NCBI GenBank assembly: GCA_934756675.1
Contig: CAKVLG010000002.1
Coordinates: 64,339-128,338, forward strand
Length of the DNA stretch: 64,000 nt
Reading direction: 5' to 3'
Source: an uncultured Clostridia bacterium
Lineage (GTDB): Bacteria; Bacillota; Clostridia; Christensenellales; UBA1242
Each line of letters opens with the position of its first letter. Positions within the stretch are counted from its first letter, which is position 1. The translations under genes and the position numbers were made by a program. Positions 28,086 to 37,283 of this stretch are shown one piece after another. The notes below the pieces were generated by a model that saw only the letters and a program-made list of their open reading frames with translations, was not told where the DNA came from and did not search any database.

Positions 28086-28120
28086 GGTGTAAAACGAAAG
28101 TTTTACGCCTTTTATTTTTG
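28086..28120 (+). terminator. Intrinsic terminator after rnpB
   Basis: GGTGTAAAAC-GAAA-GTTTTACGCC followed by TTTTATTTTT. Confidence 0.75.
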
Positions 28121-28146
28121 TCTATAATTATTTTGAAATGTTTAAG

Positions 28147-28180
28147 AAAAAACGCAAAATTGCTAATATAAACAGTGAAA
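28147..28180 (+). promoter_or_regulatory. Bipartite motif copy C (AAAAAACGCAAAATT-N12-AGTGAAA)
   Basis: Box 1 is the same 15-mer as at 7382 and 61260. Box 2 sits one nt further away. It lies in the Lys-rich, noncoding-looking 5' part of track ORF 28138. Confidence 0.5.
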
Positions 28181-28266
28181 TATGTATAAAAAACAATAAA
28201 TTACAACCAAAAAATAAAAACTATTGCAAAATTAAACATATAAAAGTTTGTAAAAAAATTGCCAAA

Positions 28267-28797
28267 ATGAAAAACTTTTATTATTGTATTTTCCCAGAAT
28301 ACAACATTGATTTAGAAGTTTTAGAGCACTGCGAAGACTTTGTGAATAGCAAAATTCCAAATCTAAAATTTCGCAAAGTTTATAGTGTAACTTTTGCCGA
28401 ATATGTTGCAAACAAAATTGTTGCAGGATACTTAAAGGGGTACTCGTTAAATGATTTGCTTACAATTAGTTTAAAAAAATATTCACTTTTCAAAAAAGAA
28501 ATAAACATGCTAAGACTTTGCATAATTAAGCAAACTTTAATCAAAATTATTGAGATAGAAAAATTTGTATATGTGGAAAAGAAAAATATTAAGCGAGGAA
28601 TAAACTATAATAGACCAAACTTGCCAAAAAATTTTTCAAATGGGTTTGCTTATGGTTTGGCTAAAAACAAAAACCTTGGATATTTTACAGAGTTCAAAAG
28701 TTTGCTCACGGAAAAAATTGGGCTTTTTATTTGTGACCTTGATTATTTTGAAAGTATGATAAAGTCATTAATTAGTTTACTAATTAAATGCGTCTAA
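28267..28797 (+). CDS. Hypothetical protein (orphan)
   Basis: The track starts it at 28138, but the first 43 codons look like a translated A-rich spacer and contain the motif. ATG 28267 (MKNFYYCIFPEY...) is the more likely start. No SD seen. Confidence 0.45.
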   Translation: MKNFYYCIFPEYNIDLEVLEHCEDFVNSKIPNLKFRKVYSVTFAEYVANKIVAGYLKGYSLNDLLTISLKKYSLFKKEINMLRLCIIKQTLIKIIEIEKFVYVEKKNIKRGINYNRPNLPKNFSNGFAYGLAKNKNLGYFTEFKSLLTEKIGLFICDLDYFESMIKSLISLLIKCV

Positions 28798-28852
28798 ATA
28801 TTTGCTACAAGCGTGGTTTGTGTGTTATACTTAATTCCAAAAGGGAGTAGTA

Positions 28853-30145
28853 ATGGAAAATTTGTTTACAGGGAACTTAACAGCAGCACAGCCACTTGCA
28901 GAACGTATGCGTCCAAAATCACTTGATGAGTTTTTGGGGCAATCTCATATTGTTGGCAAAAATTCACTTTTAAGGCGTGCAATAACAGCTGGTCAAATTA
29001 CCAGTATGATTTTTTATGGCCCACCAGGTACGGGTAAAACAACACTTGCGTCAATTGTTGCAAGCGTGACAAATGCACCATTTGTTGTTTTAAATGCAGT
29101 GTCTAGTGGTGTGTCGGACGCTAAAGCAGTTATTGATCAAGCAAAAAAGACGCAAGAAATGTATGGCAAAAAAACATATTTACTTTTGGACGAATGCCAC
29201 AGGTGGAGCAAAGCACAATCAGATGCAGTGCTCGAAGCAATTGAAAAAGGCTATATAATTTTTATAGGTTCAACAACAGAAAATCCATATGTAAGCATGA
29301 CGCGTGCTATTGTATCGCGTTGTAGGATTTTTGAATTTAAACCACTTTCAAAGGATGACATAAAGCAAGCACTTGTGCGAGCTATTACTACGCCAAAGAT
29401 TGGTTATGGCGACATGCCACTTATTGTAGAAGATGATGCTTTGGAGCATTTTGTGTTAACATCTGGCGGTGATGCTAGGGTGGCACTTGGTTCACTTGAA
29501 CTCGCAGTTCTTTCTACGCCAATAAAAAATAAAAAAATTAAAATAACCAAAGAAATTGCATCTCAGTGTACACAAGGCAAGGTTATTTCTATCGATACAG
29601 ATATGTATTACGACATGCTTTCGGCTTTTTGTAAAAGTTTGCGTGGTAGCGATGCTGATGCAAGTGTGTATTGGAGCCAAAGGTTAATCAAAGCTGGGTG
29701 CGACCCTCTGCTTATTGCAAGAAGGCTTATTGCACACGCAAGCGAAGATGTTGGGCTTGCAAACTCACAGGCGTTAGTTGTTGCAGTCAGTGCATTAACA
29801 GCACTTCAAAATATGGGTATTCCAGAAGGGCTAATTCCACTTACGCATGCAATTATCTATGTGTGTATGAGCCCAAAATCTAATAGTGTTGTTATGGCGA
29901 TGAATGGTGCTAAGGCTGATGTTGAAACAACTTATAACGACAGCGTTCCTGCACACCTTAAAAACACAAACTATAGTGGTGAAAAACGTGCAAAATATAA
30001 ATATCCACATGACTATGGTGGGTACGTTGATCAACAATACCTGCCAGATGAAATAAAAGACCATGTGTATTACACGCCAAGTCAAAACGGTGCGGAAAAG
30101 TCTATTGTTTTACCAAAAAAGAAGACTAAAGGAGATAATTTATGA
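28853..30145 (+). CDS. rarA: Replication-associated recombination protein A (AAA+ ATPase)
   Basis: 430 aa. Walker A GPPGTGKTT, Walker B LLLDECHR, and a MgsA-type C-terminal domain. Confidence 0.9.
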   Translation: MENLFTGNLTAAQPLAERMRPKSLDEFLGQSHIVGKNSLLRRAITAGQITSMIFYGPPGTGKTTLASIVASVTNAPFVVLNAVSSGVSDAKAVIDQAKKTQEMYGKKTYLLLDECHRWSKAQSDAVLEAIEKGYIIFIGSTTENPYVSMTRAIVSRCRIFEFKPLSKDDIKQALVRAITTPKIGYGDMPLIVEDDALEHFVLTSGGDARVALGSLELAVLSTPIKNKKIKITKEIASQCTQGKVISIDTDMYYDMLSAFCKSLRGSDADASVYWSQRLIKAGCDPLLIARRLIAHASEDVGLANSQALVVAVSALTALQNMGIPEGLIPLTHAIIYVCMSPKSNSVVMAMNGAKADVETTYNDSVPAHLKNTNYSGEKRAKYKYPHDYGGYVDQQYLPDEIKDHVYYTPSQNGAEKSIVLPKKKTKGDNL

Positions 30146-32310
30146 TTAGCGAAAAAGAAATGAAAAAAGAAAAAGACTATTTAAAAGCTGTGTTATATAC
30201 CATTCAAAAAGAGATTGAGCACAATAGTTCCATTATCGCTGATTATGACAAAGAGATAAAAGAAGACCTAAAATACATTTGGGACGAAACCAACGGTATT
30301 AACGAAACCGAAAGGGAGTATGCTGTCAATCGTATTCAAACACGTTCGATGACGACAGATAATTCCGCAAGGAAAATAAAGACACTCGAACATATGCTTA
30401 AAAGTGCATACTTTGCGCGTATTGATTTTGATGACGGTGAAGAAGTGACACCAGTTTATATTGGTATTGGAACTCTCGAAAATGGCAAAGATATTTATGT
30501 TTATGACTGGCGTGCGCCAATCGCTGGCATGTTTTATGAGTTTGAGCCTGGTGATGCAAAATATACCGTTCCAAGTGGCGAAGAAATTTGTGGCAAAATC
30601 ATTCTTAAAAGGCAATATGTTATCGAAGGCGATAAGATAAAACAAATTTTTGATACAGATGTTCAAGTTATCGATAAAATTCTTCAAGGTTTGCTTCAAA
30701 GCAAAGCTAGTTCAAAGATGCGAAATATTGTAACATCTATTCAAAAAGAACAAAACAAAATTATTCGTAAGAACGATGCTGATATTATGATTGTCCAAGG
30801 TCCTGCTGGCAGTGGTAAGACTAGTGTTGCTATGCATAAAATCGCTTATTTGCTATATAACGAACGTGCAAAAATCAATAACTCTAACATTTTGATTTTG
30901 TCGCCAAACAATATTTTCTCTGATTATATTTCAGATGTTTTACCACAAATTGGTGAAAGCAATGTTTATCAAACAACATTTATGGATTATATTCGCAACT
31001 TTTTAACCGATTTTAAGTTTAAAGGAGATATTAATACCATTTATGAAACATATTATGGCGACAATAAAAAGTCAAAAGAATATAGTTCAATTCATCTAAA
31101 ATATAATGCAACATATATTAATCTAGTTGAGAACTTTTTAAAGCTTAAACGTAAAGATATGTTGTATTTGACGGATATAAAATATAACGGTGAAGTTGCA
31201 ATCAATACGGCATTTTTAACAAAACTTGCGGACGAGCTCGAAAATAGCGGCAAGAGTATTTATGCTCAAGCAGCAAAGCTTATCGAAAGAATATTATTGC
31301 ATGTTTCTATTAAGTTTGGCAAAGATATTGCTTTCAAGAAAAAACTTGTAAAAACTCTTGAATCTAACTTAAAAAAGATTGATACAAAAAGTCTGTATAT
31401 GGATTTATATTCAGACCGTGAACGTTTTGTTAATATGGTCGAAGAGATATATAACACAACAGGTACGCAAAAGAACATGCGTTTGTCGATAAAAGAACTC
31501 ACCAACATCTTTGACTACACGCGTGATAATTTGATGCATGGAATTATACCTTTTGAAGATGTTTCGGGATATATGTACATGCGTGATAGGTTGTATGGTA
31601 ACGCAAGTCAACACAAGATTAAATACTTGATTGTTGATGAAGCGCAAGACTATTCGCTTATGCAATATGCAATTTTAGCAGATTTGTTCAGACACGCTAA
31701 AATAACACTTCTTGGCGACATAAACCAAAGCATAAAACCTTTCTCGTCAACTGTTAATTACGACAGCATTATGAATTTGTTTGCAGAAGAAAGACCAACA
31801 GCAACAAAAGAAATGGCATATCTAACAAAAACATACCGTTCAACTTATGAAATCAATATGTTTGCAAAACACTTGATTGGCGAAACAAACCTATATAACC
31901 AAATCAACAGACATGGCGATGAAGTAAAGATAATCAAAGATGTAGACGATATTTTGCATTCACAAATCGTTAAAGATGCCATTGAACTCAAAAAATATTA
32001 CAATACACTGGCGATTATTTGCAAAACGCAAGCTGAAGCAGACAAGTTTAAGGTTTTAACCGAAAAGCCAGAATATAGCGAACTCTTTAAGATTGTTACA
32101 GGTAACGATAAGGTCTTTGATGCTGAAAGAATTATGATTATTCCATCTTATATTGCAAAAGGTTTGGAGTTTGACGCTTGTTTGATTTATAATGCGAACG
32201 ACGACGAATACTCTAACGACTCGTTAAAACTTTTCTATGTGGCTTGCACACGTGCAATGCACAAACTTAACATTTATTATACTCACGATCTGACAAAACT
32301 TATTAAATAA
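30142..32310 (+). CDS. helD: HelD-type (helicase IV-like) UvrD-family helicase
   Basis: 722 aa. AYFARIDF..VYIGI N-terminal segment, GPAGSGKTS Walker A and DEAQDYS motif. Confidence 0.8.
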   Translation: MISEKEMKKEKDYLKAVLYTIQKEIEHNSSIIADYDKEIKEDLKYIWDETNGINETEREYAVNRIQTRSMTTDNSARKIKTLEHMLKSAYFARIDFDDGEEVTPVYIGIGTLENGKDIYVYDWRAPIAGMFYEFEPGDAKYTVPSGEEICGKIILKRQYVIEGDKIKQIFDTDVQVIDKILQGLLQSKASSKMRNIVTSIQKEQNKIIRKNDADIMIVQGPAGSGKTSVAMHKIAYLLYNERAKINNSNILILSPNNIFSDYISDVLPQIGESNVYQTTFMDYIRNFLTDFKFKGDINTIYETYYGDNKKSKEYSSIHLKYNATYINLVENFLKLKRKDMLYLTDIKYNGEVAINTAFLTKLADELENSGKSIYAQAAKLIERILLHVSIKFGKDIAFKKKLVKTLESNLKKIDTKSLYMDLYSDRERFVNMVEEIYNTTGTQKNMRLSIKELTNIFDYTRDNLMHGIIPFEDVSGYMYMRDRLYGNASQHKIKYLIVDEAQDYSLMQYAILADLFRHAKITLLGDINQSIKPFSSTVNYDSIMNLFAEERPTATKEMAYLTKTYRSTYEINMFAKHLIGETNLYNQINRHGDEVKIIKDVDDILHSQIVKDAIELKKYYNTLAIICKTQAEADKFKVLTEKPEYSELFKIVTGNDKVFDAERIMIIPSYIAKGLEFDACLIYNANDDEYSNDSLKLFYVACTRAMHKLNIYYTHDLTKLIK

Positions 32311-32319
32311 GGAGAATAT

Positions 32320-33276
32320 ATGGAAAACGGAAGCAACTTATCTGATAGATATAGTAAAAACCTGATAAAAGGCAAGGTTACCGCAACTGCGGGAGTACGC
32401 AATTCAAATGGTCTTTTACTTTCTTATGGTGTTGATGCTAACAGATATGATATTTTAAAATTGCTTGAAAAAAATAGTGTATTCAAAGTTGTTTGGTATT
32501 CCGTTTTTATTGTATTGGGGCTAATCTGTTTAATAATTGAACCAAAGAGCTATTTGCAAGTGCTTGACCTTTATGTGCTTATGATAAACGTTGACCTTGT
32601 TGGTCGCGGTAAACTGTCGGGCATATATATTGGTATTGCTGAATGCGTCTTGTATTCATATATATCATATAGGTCGGGGCTTTATGGTGAAATTATCAAG
32701 ATGATGGGTATCTCGGTTCCGCTCAATATTGTTGCGATTATCAATTGGAGCAAAAACCTTAAAAGAGAACAATCAGAAAGTAACGAAATAACTGTTAAAA
32801 AGCTTTCGAAAAAAGGATACATTATTTTTGCGGTTAGTTTTGTTGCTGTTCTCGTACCAGCTTACTTTTTCTTAAAATTACTTGGCACAAGTGCAATTGT
32901 ATTTTCGACAATCGCTTTCACTGTAACAATATTTGTAAAAATTCTTAACGGTTTCCGTTATGTAGAAAGTTGGGTACTATATATTGTTTCCGATGTTGTT
33001 TCTTTTATCATGTGGTTATATGTAATTATTTCAACAGTTACTGGCGGCGGGGCACTGCCACTAACCGAACTTCCAATGCTACTTTTGTATCTCGCATGTC
33101 TTTCAAACTCTATCTATTCATATGGAATGTGGAAGGTAATGTATCGCAGGGTAGCGGTCAATGGCAGGATATATCTTGCAAAACGCAAAGTGAATATTAA
33201 ACGAATTGCAAGGCTCCGCAGAACATACAAAGAAATGGTTTGGAACAAGCAAATAGACATGGCAAAGAATTCATAA
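32320..33276 (+). CDS. pnuC: PnuC-like nicotinamide riboside transporter with N- and C-terminal extensions
   Basis: 318 aa, multi-TM. Overall pattern resembles PnuC (e.g. NIVAIINWSKN). Identified from memory only. Confidence 0.5.
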   Translation: MENGSNLSDRYSKNLIKGKVTATAGVRNSNGLLLSYGVDANRYDILKLLEKNSVFKVVWYSVFIVLGLICLIIEPKSYLQVLDLYVLMINVDLVGRGKLSGIYIGIAECVLYSYISYRSGLYGEIIKMMGISVPLNIVAIINWSKNLKREQSESNEITVKKLSKKGYIIFAVSFVAVLVPAYFFLKLLGTSAIVFSTIAFTVTIFVKILNGFRYVESWVLYIVSDVVSFIMWLYVIISTVTGGGALPLTELPMLLLYLACLSNSIYSYGMWKVMYRRVAVNGRIYLAKRKVNIKRIARLRRTYKEMVWNKQIDMAKNS

Positions 33277-33299
33277 ATATCATAGATAAGGAGCAATGT

Positions 33300-33794
33300 G
33301 TGATAAAACTAGAACAATACCGCGATCCTTGGCTTGCGGAAAATTTTGATAAATTTATAGGATTTTACCCAAGGGAATTTTTTGTGTTCGACAATTTTTC
33401 TTCATTTAAAGTTAAATATAATGGTGTTATTTATTCAACTGTCGAACATGCATATCAAGCAACAAAGTTTGTTGAAAGTGCACCAGAAATAGCAAAAGAA
33501 ATTACAGATTGTTTCTCAGCTCATGAAGCGCAAAAAATAGCTTATGCTAACAAGGATAAACAATGCGCCAATTGGGACGACATAAAGTTGAATATTATGG
33601 AACAATTGTTAAGACTAAAGTTGGAACAAAACCCATATGTAAAAAAGAAACTTATGCAGACAGGAGATTTATTAATTTGTGAAGATTCACCAAAAGATAG
33701 CTTTTGGGGAATAGGTAAAAATAGAGATGGGCAAAACGAACTTGGAAAACTTTGGATGAAATTGCGTGAAGAGTTAAAACAAATAAACAAATAA
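33300..33794 (+). CDS. NADAR (YbiA/DUF1768) family protein
   Basis: AAGGAG SD (33288-33293) precedes GTG 33300. STVEHAYQATKF and FWGIG...G.N.LGK motifs are typical of NADAR. Confidence 0.75.
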   Translation: MIKLEQYRDPWLAENFDKFIGFYPREFFVFDNFSSFKVKYNGVIYSTVEHAYQATKFVESAPEIAKEITDCFSAHEAQKIAYANKDKQCANWDDIKLNIMEQLLRLKLEQNPYVKKKLMQTGDLLICEDSPKDSFWGIGKNRDGQNELGKLWMKLREELKQINK

Positions 33795-33817
33795 AAAAGA
33801 CCGCGTCTGCGGTCTTT
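33792..33817. terminator. Bidirectional intrinsic terminator between convergent genes
   Basis: AAAAAAGACCGC-GTCT-GCGGTCTTTT. Confidence 0.8.
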
Positions 33818-33829
33818 TATGCTAATTAG

Positions 33830-35461
33830 CTAAATGCATTCTGGCCAAAAGCGACAGAAAAATCTTAATTCATAATGTTTAGATATCATATAAAAGCGAT
33901 TGCTTAAAGCTCTTGAATCATAGCGAAGCAGTGAAGGGTTGTGAAGAACTAGCCAGTTTGAATTTTCAAGCGTGAAGCCGTTTACAAGTAGCGTGGTGTA
34001 GACATCTGAAATGTTTTTTACTGTTACGTTCTTAAAGTCATAGCAGTTTTTTGTGATGAAATTTATTTCGTTATATGTAAACCCAAGGCGGATAAGCGCA
34101 TCTGTTGAAGTGATAACTGTTAATGGTTCAGCGTCAAAACTCTTCATAAGTTTTGGCTCAAAAATTTTGGCAGAAAACAAGAATGGTGGAATTCGAAAAT
34201 TCTTTGGTTTTTCGATTGGAAACCAACGATAAATTTTGCCGCCTAGTGCGTTATAACTTTTAAATAATCCATCAATTTTGTCCATTGTTAATGGATATTC
34301 TTCACAAAGACGAAGCTCGCTGACTTTGTATTTTCTTTCAAACCTATGTGATGGCATGTATAGTTCTTTTGAGTAGTCATAATTGAAACCATATTTGGTA
34401 CGCAAGAAGAAGTATCTAGCAAAAATCTTATGAATATCCATTTGTAAAAGATCATCGAGCTGAAGCTCAATTCTTGTTGTGCGAACAAAAATATATTTAA
34501 GCAAAAAACTTTGATATGGAGATTGCAAACTATATTGAAACTTTTTTAAATATTTTTTCGATATATTAAGGCTTAGAGCTGGCTGTATACATTCTAGCGG
34601 ATAGTTTGAATATATGCTAAAAGGGAAGTCTGCCAAAAATCTGAGAGCTTCTTTTTTGGTCATGTCGGCAGTGCGAATCATAAACTCAATAGAATCGATT
34701 ATGTGTCTTGATGAGTAATTAAAATTGAAAGAATTGTCGATAAAAATGTGCCTTAGGTCTTCGCGGACAAAACCATATGCATACAAAGTATCATACAATT
34801 TTTTAATTTCGGCTATTGGTATGCTTAGCATGTCGGGGTTGTTATATATGGCATTACGCAATTTGTTTTGATGCACCTTAAAAATTTTTGCAACATCGGT
34901 TATATATTTTTTTAAGAACTCTTTGTCAAAAAGCAAAACGTTTGGAAATTTATGCACAAAATCGAAAACTGTGTATTTTGTGAATTGGAATATATCGCCG
35001 ATTGTAATTGCTCTTTTGGTTATTTCTGATGGTGATAAGAATAAAATTTTAGGATTATTTTTAACAATCTTAGCAAGTTCATCTGGCGAGAAATAAAACA
35101 TATCGCCAAGTGTTTGGATTGTTTTGGAGAGTGCAGGAAGGGGAATTAAAAATATTTCTGGATTTTCATCACGAAAAGTAAGAACTTCTTGTTTGTCAAA
35201 CCCAAGATAAGCAATAAGTTGTTCGGCATTAAACATACAATTACTTTTTGTTGCACCTCTTCTAATAGAAGAAACAAGTTCCACAGCAAATTCTTCAAAG
35301 GCTTTGCTCGAACCGAATGTTTTTGCAAACAATGTGCGGAAATGAGGAGTTTTATAACTATTAAGTTCACTAATTGGCTCAATTTCGTACTCTTTACGAT
35401 ATTTGTTGATTCTAGATAATACTTGTTGACGCATTACATCATTAATAAATCTTTTTGCCAT
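33830..35461 (-). CDS. mTERF-repeat-like helical repeat protein
   Basis: 543 aa. Repeats of about 30-35 aa have a P-x-(I/L)-L core followed by a Leu/Gly/Phe-type segment: NPEIFLIPLPALSKTIQTLGDMF, NNPKILFLSPSEITKRAITIGDIF, KFPNVLLFDKEFLKKYITDVAKIF, NNPDMLSIPIAEIKKLYDTLYAYGF, HNPSLLRYDSRALSNRF. Confidence 0.55.
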   Translation of the reverse strand: MAKRFINDVMRQQVLSRINKYRKEYEIEPISELNSYKTPHFRTLFAKTFGSSKAFEEFAVELVSSIRRGATKSNCMFNAEQLIAYLGFDKQEVLTFRDENPEIFLIPLPALSKTIQTLGDMFYFSPDELAKIVKNNPKILFLSPSEITKRAITIGDIFQFTKYTVFDFVHKFPNVLLFDKEFLKKYITDVAKIFKVHQNKLRNAIYNNPDMLSIPIAEIKKLYDTLYAYGFVREDLRHIFIDNSFNFNYSSRHIIDSIEFMIRTADMTKKEALRFLADFPFSIYSNYPLECIQPALSLNISKKYLKKFQYSLQSPYQSFLLKYIFVRTTRIELQLDDLLQMDIHKIFARYFFLRTKYGFNYDYSKELYMPSHRFERKYKVSELRLCEEYPLTMDKIDGLFKSYNALGGKIYRWFPIEKPKNFRIPPFLFSAKIFEPKLMKSFDAEPLTVITSTDALIRLGFTYNEINFITKNCYDFKNVTVKNISDVYTTLLVNGFTLENSNWLVLHNPSLLRYDSRALSNRFYMISKHYELRFFCRFWPECI

Positions 35462-35519
35462 AATACATACATTTTATATAATTCGGTTATAATATGTCAA
35501 ATAATATTAATTAAAACCA

Positions 35520-35548
35520 TTGACAAAATCGAGTTATGGTATTATAAT
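35520..35548 (+). promoter_or_regulatory. Consensus SigA promoter
   Basis: TTGACA, 17-nt spacer, TATAAT. Confidence 0.75.
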
Positions 35549-35580
35549 AAGTTTAATAAAACAAAAGGAGAATTATAACA

Positions 35581-36234
35581 ATGAAAGAAAAGAGAATATT
35601 AACAATGTTTATAACTTCAGCTATCGCACTTGTTGTTAGTTTAGTTGTAACTTTTGGTATTGTACTTACTCTTGCTGATCCAGTTGTAGCAACAGGACTT
35701 ACTCGTTATGAATACAGATATGGTGGAACAAACAGTTCTATTATCAAAAACGACGGCAACGCATTAATGTTTGCTAGCGACGTAATTTACACACCATCTG
35801 GATCCATTGTTTGGAAAGATAAGACAGAAGATGTAAATGATGATAAGTTTATTGTTGACGCTCAACCAGATGCAAAAGGTAACATAAACTATTCAACAGT
35901 AGTAAGATATGGTAACGAATCTTATTCTAGCAAAATTAAAGTTATGCCAATCAGAATTTCTAACACAACAAATGCTGAAAAAACATTTACATTAACTGTT
36001 AAAGCTACTGGCGATGCAACACTTTTAAGTTTCACAAACATGAAAGTTTTTGAATATGATAGCCCAGCAAACTTTGTTGACAAAGCTTTGAATACAGAAG
36101 AAACACTCACAACAATTCCTGCTGGTGCATACAAAGATTATCTCATCGTTGTATACACAGACGATGCTGGCAACCTTGGTGGACAAATCGCCTATGGCAC
36201 AGCTAGATTAAATCTTAATGTAGTTATAAAATAG
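35581..36234 (+). CDS. Secreted or signal-anchored protein, function unknown
   Basis: 217 aa with an AAGGAG SD and an N-terminal TM/signal segment. A perfect promoter and a strong terminator suggest high expression. Confidence 0.6.
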   Translation: MKEKRILTMFITSAIALVVSLVVTFGIVLTLADPVVATGLTRYEYRYGGTNSSIIKNDGNALMFASDVIYTPSGSIVWKDKTEDVNDDKFIVDAQPDAKGNINYSTVVRYGNESYSSKIKVMPIRISNTTNAEKTFTLTVKATGDATLLSFTNMKVFEYDSPANFVDKALNTEETLTTIPAGAYKDYLIVVYTDDAGNLGGQIAYGTARLNLNVVIK

Positions 36235-36247
36235 GTTAAACAAATAT

Positions 36248-36276
36248 AAAGATGGCTTTTGCCATCTTTATTTTTG
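36248..36276 (+). terminator. Intrinsic terminator
   Basis: AAAGATGGC-TTTT-GCCATCTTT followed by a T-run. Confidence 0.8.
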
Positions 36277-36404
36277 CCTAAAAAACTAGCAGTAGGCAGG
36301 TAGGCTGGTTGGTGCAAATTTAGAGTAGTGCAAGCCAGTGCCATATTGTTTATTATTATATAAGGAAAAAATAAAACCCGAACAAACTATTCGGGCATTT
36401 TTTA

Positions 36405-37118
36405 TTATTCAAAAACATAATTGTCGCAATATTTTTTAGCTTTTTCTTTGTCTTCTTCGTTTTTAACGCAATAGCAAAGAATAGGTAAGCCTTGTTTTTT
36501 GCACTTGTTTACATATCTGTTTGGCAAATCATCAAGAGCGTAATTAATAAAATTTGGTTCGCTATATCTTTTATTTAACATCATGCGTTTAAGGGCAAAC
36601 TTTTGCCAGAAAGGTAAGTTTTCACCTTTTAAAAAGCTAGCAAGTTGACCGCGCTTAACTTGTGGGGCATTGAGTTTAAACCATTCAAGCGTAAGAGGAT
36701 TAAAAGATTGAACCGCATATTCGCCTTTGTAATTTTTAAGGTCTTTCCAAATGTTTTTTTCGAAACTAATTTTACCCATATTCTTAATATCTACAAGAAC
36801 GGGAACTCTGCCATCAATAAAGTCAAGAGTTTCTTTTAACGTTAAGATATGTTCATTAGACTTTAAGAGTTTGAGCTCTGCAATGTCAGACAATGTGCAG
36901 TTAGAAATAAAGCCATCATGACCAGTCATTCTGCCAAGTGCTTCGTCATGGAAACAAACAATAGTCCCATCTTTAAGTGGGCGAACGTCAATTTCAATTG
37001 CGTAGTTATTATCTATAGCGTTTTGAAAAGCCTCCCTAGACATTTCAGGAATTTCATTATTATGTAAACCGCGGTGAGCGATTGGTGTTTTAACAATCCA
37101 AGAATCAAATATATTCAT
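36405..37118 (-). CDS. Glycerophosphodiester phosphodiesterase family protein
   Basis: 237 aa. IAHRGLHNN and EIDVR motifs. GGAGAGG SD. Confidence 0.8.
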   Translation of the reverse strand: MNIFDSWIVKTPIAHRGLHNNEIPEMSREAFQNAIDNNYAIEIDVRPLKDGTIVCFHDEALGRMTGHDGFISNCTLSDIAELKLLKSNEHILTLKETLDFIDGRVPVLVDIKNMGKISFEKNIWKDLKNYKGEYAVQSFNPLTLEWFKLNAPQVKRGQLASFLKGENLPFWQKFALKRMMLNKRYSEPNFINYALDDLPNRYVNKCKKQGLPILCYCVKNEEDKEKAKKYCDNYVFE

Positions 37119-37283
37119 ATATACCTCTCCTTTATCTATAATACATGATTTTCAATTAAAAGACTACTATTTTTGTCAAAATTGTGACAAATAACTAAAA
37201 AAATGAAGAAAATATATATCGCTTAGTAAAAATATTCTTGATATAAAGACCTAAAATGTGTAAAATATTAATTGGAGAAAACT

